Counted from the stretch's first letter, positions 27,901-39,953 are shown. The stretch: 64,000 nt of DNA from Camelus ferus (GCF_009834535.1 NC_045696.1:116934001-116998000); one strand, 5' to 3'. Numbers and translations are program-made. Notes: generated from the letters alone by a model not told the origin.

Positions 27901-30624
27901 GGCACTGCGAAGTGGTCCACTGCTCATTCAGACTTTGTTAAACCTCTAAACTTCTATGTTTACCCTCTGCAACTATAACATTGTGATAACCACCAATCAC
28001 AAGTAAAAAGTAGTCATATACATGGAAATCAAGAAAGTTCTCTCTCCAATGTCTATAAAAAAACCTGGAGATACAATTCCTTAAAGCTCTCCAATTATTC
28101 AAACACATTCTCTAGGGTCAACACCTTCGGCTATTTTTTTAATGTGTGTGAGATGAATTGATGGCAATATTACTTACTTCTACTGCTTTCCTGCTTTTGA
28201 ACAACTAATAACAAACAGAAGTAACAGTGTCAAACAATAAGCCACACTTAGAAGAAGAATCAGTAGTTCCACTGGATGAGTAATTCTAGACCAATTTACA
28301 ATGTGAAATGGTAAATTCCTTGGAATTTGTTTTATAAAAAGATAACCAAATTTGGAATTGAAAGATCTGGTTTGGCTTTGTCACTTACTAGCTGAATGAC
28401 TCGCAGCCGTTACTTTACCTCTAAGCCTCGGTGCCCTTATCCATGAAATGGTGTAGGAATAAAATCAGTGATTGCCTACACACACAGCAGGTGTCTTGAA
28501 TATCAGCCTTTTCCATAGCTGGGCTAATTCCTTTTTCAGCCTTTCTCACAGGGCTTGTTAGCTGAACCATCGTGTGCGTGGTTCTTATTTGTAACTTTCC
28601 AGCTAATGTTCTACTTTTTATCTATTTCAGAAAATAACCTGATGAGTACAAATAAATACAAATAAGCTCAATGTATTGGTGATGTAGCACATGAGTAAAC
28701 TTCCATTTTCTTTGTCAATGGGGATGAAGTTTTTTCCTAATGAGTCATAGAGCTGGCAATGGTGAGAGGAAGGACATTCATCATACTTTCCTACAACACA
28801 ATACAGAATCTACTTGATGGTTTCATTGAACTGCTCTAAAAATTTCACATCTGTGTCATTCTCATCCAAAGGGCCCCAGATGATTATTGTTTTTATTTTA
28901 AAAACATGATGCAAAATAGTCAAGAAATTTTAATAGTCCTCCATATGAGCCCAACATGATCGAGAGGAAACGCGTGGATAAAGTACAGCCTAAAGGATAA
29001 GATGTAGAAAGAGATAAAGACCACGGAATACTCGTGTCAGTGCTGGGAACAGAGTTGGAGATGTGGCTGCAAACCTTTGTACTGCAAAGGAGGAAACTGA
29101 GATCCAAGGAAGGTCAGGGATGTGGTCCGGGTTGACACTTGCATGAGGTGGAGTACACTGGGGTCACTTGGGAAATCTCGGGGCAGGAAATGCAAGTGTG
29201 TCTTCATTAGGAAAGCATCGTGGGAGGTCTCTCACTTCCCAGATGGGCTTCCTCCTAAGAGGTGAGCTGGAAACAGCTTGTTGCTAGTCATCCTGCTGCA
29301 GATTCATCTGGGGTTTCAGCAGGAGTTTCAAAGGTCCCAAAGCTTTCCAAGGCTTTACAGCTATCTTACATGGCAGCTGGGAAGTCCTTCTGGTCCACTC
29401 ACTTCCCTCAAAGCTTAACATCACTGTGACCCTCGGAATGCATCTTTTTGAAAGGGGGAGCTGCTGTCCTCTGTCGCACCACAGGCGGTTTCCACTGGGC
29501 ATCGCTGATGTTCTCCGGAACCTTTGCTGCACTTCCGTGGATGATTGGAAATGCCAAACAAAATTGCCCTCTGTGCCCAAAATCCATGTGCACCTATTCT
29601 AAATGAGTCAATTCTAGTTCAAGTGGAAATGATTACACATTTCACCACCATCCTTTTTCCCCCAGAAAACTTGAGGATATTTTGGCTATAAAAAAAAACA
29701 TTTATTTTAAGTATCTTATTATAAAATAAAGGCCTTCAGGAAAAATGGCATTTAGCAATTCTTTCATATCTGAAAATCACTGGGGAAAAAACATTTTCTA
29801 ATGTAGAAATGTAATTCCTGCCTCATTTGGAAGGCAGACAGATAAGAACTCCGAGGAATTCATAGAAGCCTTGAGGCTATGACAATCTACTTAAGTTGCC
29901 TGACTGCACTTTCCTATAAAAACCAGATGTTAAGTGTTATGTTTTCTTATACTTAGAGACTTAAAAAGTACTAATTATTGAATACCTGCATATTTTTTAG
30001 ATGTGGCAGTCCAAGTAGACAATATTAACTGAAAAATGACGTTGAACTTTATTTGGAACTTCTATGCATTAGACCCCAGAAGAGTTGTCAAAATGTAACA
30101 ATTAAAGAGAATTGATAAGAGGGAGGCAGGGAAGATCCACGTGTTGGAAGGTCCTAAAGCTTTTGAAAAATAAAAGGAATTTTGTAAGAAAAAATATAAA
30201 GACATTAGGAGTAAAGATGAAGATTCCTTTTGGATGAGGAATAACCACAAAGATGACAAATTGTGAAAAGCTGACAAACACAAACATTGTAAGCTGCAGA
30301 GTAACAATGGCTTTATTCACTGCCTGACACCCTTTTTGGGACACTTTTCACAGACCTGTTGTCGGCTCTGTTAATTTCTTTCTTTCTTTCTTTTATTTCT
30401 TTGTAAACTTGCTTTCTTTTAAATTTTCCTTTTCCCCTCTTCCACCATAAGTTCGGGATAGGCGGGTGAAGTTTAGTGAATCTTCGGCGAGTTAGATTTT
30501 AAATAATTTTACAGTACTTATAGCACAAACTATAACCTAGTTTTGAAGCAATAACAGCTAATATTTGTTGGGTGTTTACTGTTTGCTGAACACTATTTAA
30601 AGAACTTCACTGGTAGTTAATTCT

Positions 30625-31147
30625 TTTTTTTTTTTTTAATTAATAGACTTTATTTTTTAGAGCAGTTTCAGGTTCACAGCAGAATCGAGCAGAAAATACA
30701 GAGTTCGCACATAGCCCTCCCCACCCACACGTATATACTCCCCTGCCCTCAACATCCCTCATCAGGGTGGCAAATTTGGTACAATCTATGAACCAACATG
30801 GACACATTATTACCAACCAAAGTCCATAGTTTACATTACGGTTCACTCTTGATGTTGTACATTCGATGGGCTTTGACAAATGCATAATGACATGTAGCCA
30901 CCACTAGCATCATATAGAATAATTTCATGGCCCTAAAAATCCCTTGTGCTCCATCTATTCATTCCTTCCTCCCTCCCTCTCCCCAAACCCCTGGAAACCA
31001 TGATCATTTCACTGTTTCTGTAGCTGTGCATTTTCCAGAACGTCATTTGGCTGGAATCGTACAGTTCGTAGCCTTTTCAGACTGGCTTCTTGCATTTAGT
31101 AATGTCTTTTTAAGTTTCTTGCATGTGTTTCCTTGATAGCTCATTTC
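30625..31147 (-). mobile_element. L1MC1-like 3' end (within the transduced segment)
   Basis: 'taatagactttattttttagagcagtttcaggttcacagc...ccaaagtccatagtttacattacggttcactctt' matches the L1MC1-type 3'UTR; poly(T) at 30624-30637. Confidence 0.8.
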
Positions 31148-31284
31148 TTTTTTTTTTTCTTACTGCACATATATTTTTAAATTTACACATACGTACTGTT
31201 CATTGTTTCTAGGAACGTTTAGAGCTTTAGCTTTTTAAACTTACATAGTTATCAAATGAATAAAGCCAACCACAAAATAAGAAT

Positions 31285-31773
31285 TAATTCAAAAAGATAC
31301 ATACACCCTGCTATTAACAGCAACATTATCTATAATTGCCAATATATGGAAGCATCCTAAGTGCACAGACAATGAAGATGCAGCATACATATATGTAATG
31401 GAATACAACTCACCCATAAGAACAAAGAATATTTTGCCATTTGCGGCCCTTTATTCACTTTTTTTTTCACTTCAAAAACCAGAATTTTATAACCAGCATA
31501 AACCTTTCCATGACATCAAAAACAACAAAGTACCCAGAAATAAACCTAACTCTGAAACTCTGAAAACTGAAATGACACAAAGAAATGGAAAGGTTTCTTG
31601 TGCTCTTGGACTGGAAGAATCAACACTATCAAAATGGCCACACCACCCAAAGCGATCCATCGATCCAATGCAACTCCCGTCAAAATACCCACGACATTCC
31701 TCACAGAACTAGAACAAACAATTTCAAAGTTCACAAGGAACCACAAAAGACCCTGAACAGCCAAAGGAATCTT
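31285..31773 (+). mobile_element. Rearranged L1 ORF2 fragments, antisense to the host ORF1-only element
   Basis: 31285-31447 resembles the ORF2 C-terminal region ('aaaagatacatacaccc...atggaatacaactca...ttgccatttgc'). 31513-31773 resembles an earlier post-RT ORF2 segment ('ggaagaat...cacagaactagaacaaa...ggaaccacaaaagaccc'). Confidence 0.85.
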
Positions 31774-31834
31774 TTGTAGGCCTTTTTTTCTTCTCTCTTT
31801 CTTCTTTTTGTTCTCTTTTCTTATGGTTTGATGA

Positions 31835-32722
31835 CTAGAGAAGGTCCTTTAACATTTGTTGTAAAGCTGGTTTGGTGGTGCTGAAATCTCTTAGCTTTTG
31901 TTTATCCATGAATCTTTTGATTTCTCCATCAAATCTGAGTGAGAACCTTGCTGGATAGAGTATTCTTGGTTGTAAGTTTTCCCTTTCATCACTTTAAATA
32001 CGTTGTGCCACTGCCTTCTGGCCTGTAGAGTTTCTGCTGAGAAATCAGCTGATAATCTTACGGGAGCTCCCTTGTATGTTATTTGTTGCTTTTCTCTTGC
32101 TAATTTTAATATTTTCTCCTTATCCTTAATTTTTGTCAATTTGGTTACTACGTGCCTTGGTGTGTTCCTCTTTGGGTTGATCCTGTGTGGTACTCTCTGC
32201 GCTTCCTGGACTTGGGTGACTGTTTCCTTTCCCAAGTTGGGGAAGTTTTCAGTGATTATCTCTCCAAAAATTTTCGCAGGTCCTTTCTCTCTCTTCTCTT
32301 TACAGGACCTCTATAATGAGAGTATTAGTGTGTTTTATGTTGTCCAGCGTTCTCTTAAACTACCCTCATTTCTTTTCATTCTTTTTCTTTTTTCTGTTCT
32401 GCAGTAGTGATTTCCACTAATCTGTCTTCTAGCTCACTGATCCTGTTCTTCTGCCTCATTGAGTCTATTCTTGGTTCCTTCTAGTGTGCTATTCATTTCA
32501 ATAACTTTATTCTTCAACTGTTTGGGTATTCTTTATATTTTCCAACTCTTTGCTAAAAACTTCGCTCTGTGCATCTGTAATCTTCTTGAGTTCTGTGAAC
32601 ATCTTTGCCATCATTACTTTAAACTCTTTCTCAGATAAATTGCCTATCTCCTCATCACTTTTTTCTTCTTCTGGGATTTTGTCTTGTGCCTTGGCCTGGG
32701 AGATATTCCTTTGCCACCTCAT
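31835..32722 (-). pseudogene. Disrupted L1 ORF1p (coiled-coil/RRM/CTD)
   Basis: ORFs 32507-32758 (MRWQRNISQAK...IGNLSEKEFKVMM) and 31891-32235 (QEAQRVPHRINPKRNTPRH...RLSADFSAETLQARRQW). The C-terminal ...TTKPALQQMLKDLL* stop is at 31835-31837. The frame is broken. Confidence 0.9.
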
Positions 32723-34061
32723 ATCATCTATCTTTCTACGTTTGTGGATTCCTTCCACAGGCTTTGGGATTGTTGTTTATTATTTCTAGTATCTGCCCCT
32801 AGTGGATGAGGCTGGACTAGAAGCTTATGTAGGATTCCTGGCAGGAGGAGCCGGTGCCTGCCCACTGCTGGGTGAGGCTTGGTCCTGGACCTCTGGTGGG
32901 TAGAGCTGTGTCTAGAGGCCTTTGTGGCTTAGGAAGTCTGCTGATGGATGGGGCTGTGCTCCCACCCTGTATGTTGCTTGGCCTGAGGCTGTTGGATGGG
33001 GCTAGGTCTTGGTGCTAATGATCCAATCAAGATGTCAGCCTCCAGGAAAACTCATGTAGATGAACACTCCCGGAAACATTCCACCACCAGCTTTTATGTC
33101 CCTGAGTGAGCCACACCCGTCCCCCATGTCCCCAGGAGACCCTCCAAATCCAGCAGGCAGGTCCGGCCCAGGTTTCTATGAAATCACTGCCTCTGCCCTT
33201 GGACCTGGTGCACACGAGTTTCCGTGTACACTTCCCAGGCCAATGGAGTCTCTGTTTCCCCCAGTCCCGTGGAGCTCCCAGCACCAAGGCCCACTGGCCT
33301 TCAAAACCAGATGTCCTGGGGTCTCCTCTTCTTGATGCTGGAACCCAGGTTGGGGAGCCTGACATGGGGCTTAGAGCTCTCATTCCTGTCAGAGGGCCTC
33401 TGCGACCTAACTATTCTTCAGTTTGTGGGTTGCCCACCCGGGGTGTATGGGGCCCGATTATATCACGAGCACGCTCCTCTCACCGTCCTGCTGTGGTTCC
33501 CTCTTTATGTTTCCAGTTGCAGAAGATGTTTTTTGCTAGGTTCCAGTCTTCTTTTCAATGGTTGTTTAGCATTCAATTGTGGTTTCATTGTAGTCACGAG
33601 GAGAGGCGAGCTCGTGGTCCTACCACTCTGCCATCTTCACCAGAAATCGTTGGCTCTGTCAATTTCAGTCCTACCTCCTCCTCCCCATTCACACAATTCC
33701 AGCGCAGGGCATCCCAGGGGCAGCTCATCCTGAGACGAGATCTCAGGCCCTGCGCTTGGGTGTCTGGACACCTGGTGAGTCACAAAGTAGGGCAGCCCTG
33801 GAAGCTGTTGATTCCTACCCCAGGACGACTAGCAATTAGCGCACTCGGGAATGACTGCAAATGACACGAACATACTCTGTTCAACCTAAACTAAATAAAT
33901 GCATTTTCAATTCGACTTCCACTTGAGCTGGACCCCAACACTGCCTGCAGCCACCTGAAGGACAGTGTGGCAGAGGGAAAATTGGGATGGAAAGAGATAG
34001 TACAAGGACCAGCTGTGGTTAAAATATCTTACTCCTGAAAATTTGACAAACAGAAATGATT

Positions 34062-34202
34062 TTTCTAAATTTTTTAATTTGTTTAGGGGGGAGGTAATTA
34101 GGCTTATTTATTTATCTTTTTAATGGAGGTACTGGGGATTGAACTCAGGACCTCATGCATGCTAAGCATGAACTCTACCACTGAGCTCTACCCTCCCCCT
34201 CA
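34062..34202 (-). mobile_element. Camelid vic-1-like SINE
   Basis: tRNA-Ala-like head; perfect 16-bp TSD acaaacagaaatgatt at 34046-34061 and 34203-34218. Confidence 0.92.
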
Positions 34203-34779
34203 ACAAACAGAAATGATTAACCGGATGTGCCAGGGGCCCTACTGAGGCAAGTCAAAGGCCCTGAGGTTTAAATTTCCTTAGTTTCTGATAAACCCTCATC
34301 TGCAGAAAGAATGCATCAAGTCCAAAGGTACCACCTCTCGAGTCAAACGTACCCAGTGTCTTCTTCCAAAAGGATTCATGGGGGCGGCCCCAACAGGACA
34401 GAGAGTAAGAGGAGACACCTTGAAGGAAGCATACGGTGGGGTTTATGACCCGTGGACTGAGGGATCTGGTGTGTGGCCTCAGTCAGCTCCTACTTTCTGA
34501 TTCCCCTGCTGTTTTATTGTTGGTCGTGCTGCCAGCCAGGGATGGCTGAAAAAAATCAACGGCTTGTGGCCGCCTCTGTGTAGCCAGGCCTCCCCTTGGA
34601 AGTCTCACCCTTTTCTGAATGCCTTATTGAGACAAATCACCTCCTGGCCTCGTGATGTCAGAAACACTCTTCCAGGCTCCCCGACAAACCACTCATCCTC
34701 CTCCTGGCTGCAGCCCTGCTTAAGGCGCTGTTTCAGCCTTTACTTTCGAAAGCCATTCAGTGAGTTCCAAGGAGAAACT

Positions 34780-35420
34780 AAACCAAAATGGCCAAGGCAT
34801 GGCCCCCGCCCACCGTGATAACTAAGCCAGGAAGGTGGGTGCTGACGCGGCTGCCTGAGATCGTGGGTGCCGCGCTCGGGGGCTGGGCTGCCGCTGGGGT
34901 GTCAGAAGCTCCCCGGGCATCTTCCAGGTGCCAACATCTCTGCCGGCATCACGATGAAAACCAGCAACAGGGAAGACGCGTTAGCCCTCACTACACTCCA
35001 CATTCCATGAGGACAGAGGCTCGTGAACAACAGACAATGTTTATGAGGGCAAAGGATGACAACAAGTGGAAAATTTTAATATAAATGATGGATCTTAAGA
35101 CCAAGAAACGCATGGTGAGCTGCCGCGCTCAGTGGTTCTGACAGCCATCGCTCCTGACGCGGGCGGCCAGGGGCCCGTGAGAGAGAGACCTGGATGTGAC
35201 CGTTAAGGAAACTGGACATGACATCTGTGGGCCGCTGAAACCTCTTCTGCTCTGGTGAAGCCAGGCAGATGTCTCCCAGCGCACTTCGTGGTCACTTTCC
35301 GAGCTTTCCGCTTTTTGACGCTGGGAGGAAAATCACAGAAGTCAGGACGCCCGAGTTCTCAGCCGGACCTTCCGTTTCTTCCAGGAGCCTGGGTGATTGC
35401 TCCTCCATGGGCTGAACGAC
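34780..35420. promoter_or_regulatory. CpG-rich unique patch (possible orphan CpG island)
   Basis: Visibly dense CpGs (gacgcgg, gccgcgctcgg, gacgcgggcggcc, etc.) in sequence with no recognisable repeat. Obs/exp ratio not computed. Confidence 0.35.
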
Positions 35421-35868
35421 AGTGGCAATGAGTCAAATGAGGACTCAGCATCTCAGCGTCTCTGCAGAAGGATTCTGGCTTCACCTGGTGTGTGGAAAAC
35501 GCTCCAGGCTCTCTAAGGGAGGGACGGCAAGTTCCTCCCCCAGCCCCTCCCTCCCCTCCACCCAGCTCCCAGGATTTGCAATTGTGAACGTGACCTTTGG
35601 CTAAAGGTCCCAGGTGTAGGGCACAATGGGAAAGCTACAGCACAGTGCTTAAAAAATAGTTTAAGATGTGTTTTGCCCCCCCCACCCGCAACTGCCGCAC
35701 TCCAGGGTATGAAAGGTCTGCATCTCCACCACGGAGCCAACAAAGAAACATGAGAAAGCTGTCCACCTTTTCTGAGCTGCTGTTCTGCCCCAAGTACTGT
35801 TGTTCCAGGTGTTTGGAATAAATCAGAGAAGGAAACAGACAAGAGCCCCTCACTGGGCTTCTGTTCAG

Positions 35869-36398
35869 TGCAGCTGGGGGGGCACCCTCTGGAGTCATAA
35901 AGCCCCCACCCCTGGGTTCTCTGTGTGCCTGGAGCCTAGTGGCACTTTAACCCCCTACTCCCCATTGTGCATACTTGCATTTCTGCAAGATACAAAACAT
36001 CCTCTCTTGATGTGTGTTTACCCTAACAAAACTCATCGCCCCAGGAGAGAGCTTGGCTCATAATGCCCTAGGCAGACAGGCCTCACATCTCGCCTTTTCA
36101 AAAGTCATAAAACCTACTGTTCAGAGAAATCTCTGCCAGGTCTTACAACCAGTCAGGTACCTGTGCGCGAACAGATCGCGCAGCCCGTCCTCCGTATGTG
36201 CACAGCCCTCCCCTCCAATAAAAGCCCCTGCACGGTCACCCTCGGTGCTGACGCAGGCACTTCCCGCCTGTGTGGCCCTGCTGTTGCCTGCAGCGGTGGA
36301 CCTATTAAACCTTCCTAAACTCTTCTCCATCTCTGGTAATTCTCCCGCCAACCTGGGTCACCAGCCTGCCGCGTTGTGTTCCACAACATAGTTCAGCG
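35869..36398 (+). mobile_element. ERVL-type solo LTR (MER74-like) nested in an L2
   Basis: Starts with TG; TATA-like aataaaa at ~36217 and attaaa at ~36304; U5-like 'ctctggtaattctcccgccaacctgggtcaccagcctgccgc'. tcag flanks both sides and the L2 sequence resumes on each side. Confidence 0.6.
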
Positions 36399-36745
36399 TC
36401 AGCGCAGGACGAGGACAAACAACAAAACGATTAAATAAGTTCATTACCAAGTGTGTTATTATGGAAAAACGAAAAACTGCAAACAAGGTGGGAGGGGTAT
36501 GGGGAAGAGAGGAGATAAGATTTTAAACAGGATGATGAGGGGAGGGAGGCATTCCTGAGAAGAGCATACTTAAGAACAGACTTGAGAAGGGGGCTGTTTG
36601 GAGCCCTGCTGACAGACGGGGTGAGGGGACGTTCCAGGCGGAGGGAGCAAACAATGCAAAGGCCTTAAGGCAAGAGCACAAGTATTTAAGGGACAGCAAC
36701 GAGGGGCACGTGACACCTCCTGGGGAGCCAGGAAAAGCACACTAG

Positions 36746-37203
36746 TGCTATGGGCTGAATTGTACAAATTTCATCAAATTCATAGGCTGAAGTTTCTCCC
36801 CACCTCACCCTACTATCTCACAATGTGGCCTTTTATGGAAATAGAGCTATGGCAGATGTAATTAGTTAAGATGAGGTCACACTGGAGTCCAGTGGGCTGC
36901 TTACCCAGTAGGACTGATGTCCTTTGGAAAAAGGAGAAATTCGGACACAGAGACAGACAAGCACATGGAGAGACTGCCACGTGAAGACTGGAGTGATGCT
37001 GGCACAAGCCAAGGTACCAGCAGAGACAGGCCCAGAGACAGGCCTGGAACAGAACCTCCCCTAATGCCTTCAAAGGGAGCGGGACTCTGCTGACGCCTTG
37101 GTCTCAGACTTCTAGCCTCCAAAACTGTGAGACAATACATGTCTGTGGTTTAAGGCACTCCGCCTGCGGCACGGGGTCCTGGACGCTCTAGCTAACGAAT
37201 GCA
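36746..37203 (+). mobile_element. MaLR solo LTR (MLT1B/C-like)
   Basis: 'tgctatgggctgaattgt' start, 'gatgtaattagttaagatgaggtca', 'cagacttctagcctccaaaactgtgagacaata'; ctag flanks both ends. Confidence 0.85.
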
Positions 37204-38084
37204 CTAGGCAGTTAGGCCAGAGAGAGTGAGTAAAGGGGCAGATTATAAAGGGTTGCAATGCAGGAACTGGGGAGGAGCAGTCTTGACAGCATTTCGAGCA
37301 GGGGAGTGAAGTGACCTGCTCAAGGGCTGAGTTCTGGAGCACAGCAATTTTATAAAGTCTCAGAAAAGAGGATAACACAGCCAAGCAGCTGAGAAGGAGC
37401 CACCACGGACGTAGAAGGGAAACCAGGAGAACCTGCAGCAGGGAAACTCATGGTATTTTTCAGACAAAAACACGGTCAGCGGGTATCGTACAAGCAGCTG
37501 GCTGTCGGTGGATCAGGGGACAATCATTGAAGAGGGAGGTCGAACAAGTCCATCAACATGAGCCAGGGAAGCACAAAAACAATCTTTTAAGTCCGCGGGC
37601 TTCCTTATGGCAAGTGGCATTTCAAAGTTTCTGAAAATACAGAATTTATTTTTCAGAAGGAAAAAAAAAGGGGGAGGAAGATAATGGTAAAATCCTGGTT
37701 TCAGTGTAGAGGTTTCTTCCTATTGAGGCTGAGCAGGGATTTGGAAGGTGATTCAGAGATGCAAAAGTCTCCAAATCTGGTTTAGATTCATTCAGAAAAT
37801 AGCTTAATTCACTCAACTCCAGTGGCTCCTAATCCAAGCACAGATTCTTAAGAGGGAGTCCTGAACCCCACTTTGCGGCCTGCCCTGCTACTCTAACTCC
37901 CTATCTGTAGGGCTACATGCAAAGGAGAAATTCCTGGTTAATATTACAGTCCTAAATGAGGTGACGGAACATCAACCCAGAAATCCCATCCTGACAGACG
38001 CACAGAACAACTGAAACACTCCCAGCTCCTGTCGTTCCAAAGCCCCCTCAACATGGACAGGCCAGACTGTCCTCGCCTGATACC

Positions 38085-38320
38085 TGCGAAGCACTGGCTC
38101 CGAGGCCCGTCTGCCTGGACTAGAATCCCAGCTGGGCAGCCGGCTACCCAGGGATCTTAAACAATGTGCTCAATGGCCTTGGTCTTAGATGCATGTATCT
38201 ATCAAATGGGGATGATAACAGAACCGACTTCAGAGTCTTGTAATAAGGATTAACCGAGGTAACACTTGTAAGGAGCCTCAAACATGCCTGGCATTCACTA
38301 CAAATCACAGAAGAATTCAA
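38085..38320 (+). mobile_element. MIR SINE
   Basis: 'tctgcctggactagaatcccagc...atctatcaaatggggatgataacagaaccgacttcagagtcttgtaataaggattaa'. Confidence 0.65.
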
Positions 38321-38568
38321 TACATAAACAAGTATGTACTTTTCCCAGGAAAAGATAAACAGATTAAAAAAAATTAAAAGGGCTAGAACAGAAAAGACTT
38401 CATCTGTTAAAGACGAACTTTTCAAGCACTAAAACTATTTGCCTCCAGAAAGCAATGTGTGTGTTCATCACAACTGCCCCCAGGGGTACCTGCATGTCAC
38501 CTGCTCAGAGAACCCTCACTGACTTCCAAGGTTTGGACTGGATGGATTTTTTGAACTGTAGAAATGGA

Positions 38569-38972
38569 CAGTGATTGTCATTCTAAGTGAAGTAAGCCAG
38601 AAAGAGAAAGGAAAATACCATACGATATCACTTATATGTGGAATCTTAAAAAAAAAAAAGGCACAAATGAACTTATCTACAAAACAGAGGCAGACTCACA
38701 GACATAGAAAACAAACTATGGCTACCAGAGGGTAAAGGGGTGGGGAGGGATAAGCTGGGAGTTTGAGATTTGCAGATACACACTACTATAATATAAAATA
38801 GTAAACAACAAGTTTCTTCTGTGTAGCACAGAGAATCATATTCAATATCTTGTAGTAACCTATAATGAAAATATGAAAAGGAATATGTCTGTATATGGAT
38901 GACTGAAACACGATGCTGTGCACCAGAAGTTGACGCAACACTGTAAACTGACTATACTTCAGTTAAAAAAAA
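38569..38972 (+). mobile_element. 5'-truncated camelid L1 3' end
   Basis: Same 3'UTR as the copies at 5877 and 19263; poly(A); short TSD agaa(a/g)tgga. Confidence 0.9.
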
Positions 38973-39723
38973 AGAAGTGGAAGGTGACACATTTCTTAAG
39001 CCATGTTAGCTAAGTAAACTCAAAGTGAACGCTCTTCAACAAAAGCAGGTGCTTCCCCTCAATGCGAATCAGCAGTGAAGGTTAAGTCCACACAAGTGAA
39101 ACGGGGGATGGAGCTAGGCCCGCGTGAATCTCTCCTTGAGTCCTCACAGTAACCTCAGGAGGTTGGCACTTTCCATAGAAACATGAAGACACGAGCCCGG
39201 AGATGTCAGGTGTGTTCTCCACCCTCACACGGTTACACAGGCAGGGTGGAAAACTCAGAGCGCGAGCTCTCCCCCAGGCTGCCTGACTCGCCCCAAAGCC
39301 CTGCTCTCAGCCGGCTCACGCTGCCCTCCCACACCGGCTCCTCCTCCCCTCCCCGGGCTCCTGGGCTCTGCACCTGGCCTGCAGCCCGCTGCTGCCATGC
39401 CAGGGGCCAAGTGGAAAAATCAATCCTGCTGATAATGGTTTCCTTGAGAACAGCACTCTGACTGCCGGGGAAACGGTGGAGAACACAAAAGGGGGTCCTG
39501 ATGTATCCGTGGGTGGGCGGCGCTTCGTACTGCCTCTGGGGACAAGTCTCTCTGTTCCCCCGGGGAAAAGAGGTTACACCACGGGGGCTCCGGGCACGTA
39601 CAGGAAGGTGGCAGGCAAACTAACTGCGCTTCACTGGTGCGGGGACTTAGGATGACTGTCCAAATTTTGAGGCTGCCCAGTGATAATGGCTCACTTTCCT
39701 GAAGTTAAAACCCACTGTGGTCA

Positions 39724-39953
39724 AACTGGGAGTTTGAGGATTAGCAGTCACTAACTACCATATACAAACTAGATAAACAAGGTTCTTCTGTGGAGCACAG
39801 GGAACTAAATTCAATATCTTGTAGTAACCTAGAATGAAAAAGAATATGAAAAGGAATCTATGTATGTATATGTATGACTGAAACATGATGCTGTGCATCA
39901 GAAGTTGATACAACATTGTAAACTGACTATATTTCAATTGAAAGAAAACAAAA
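39724..39953 (+). mobile_element. Camelid L1 3'UTR end
   Basis: L1 3'UTR; TSD cactgtggtca at 39713-39723 and 39954-39964. Confidence 0.9.

Larger units (their letters stand above)
30379..33648 (-). mobile_element. Composite retro-insertion: ORF1-only (HAL1-like) L1 derivative plus 3' transduction
   Basis: 18-bp TSD gt(c/t)ggctctgt(t/c)aatttc at 30361-30378 and 33649-33666. L1 5'UTR and ORF1 are present but no sense ORF2. Internal poly(A) at 31148-31158 and terminal A-rich tail at 30379-30420. Confidence 0.8.

Noticed and set aside
31285..33648. Simple twin-priming 5' inversion as the origin of the mixed-orientation L1
   Set aside because: Twin priming leaves the 3' part in sense with the poly(A) and inverts the 5' part. 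Here 5'UTR/ORF1 and poly(A) share orientation, while the inverted pieces are internal, out of order and flanked by non-L1 sequence.
33106..33864. Longest ORF (252 aa, + strand) and overlapping ORFs
   Set aside because: Antisense reading of a GC-rich L1 5'UTR running across the TSD into flank; no recognisable domain. I cannot support an ORF0-like product.
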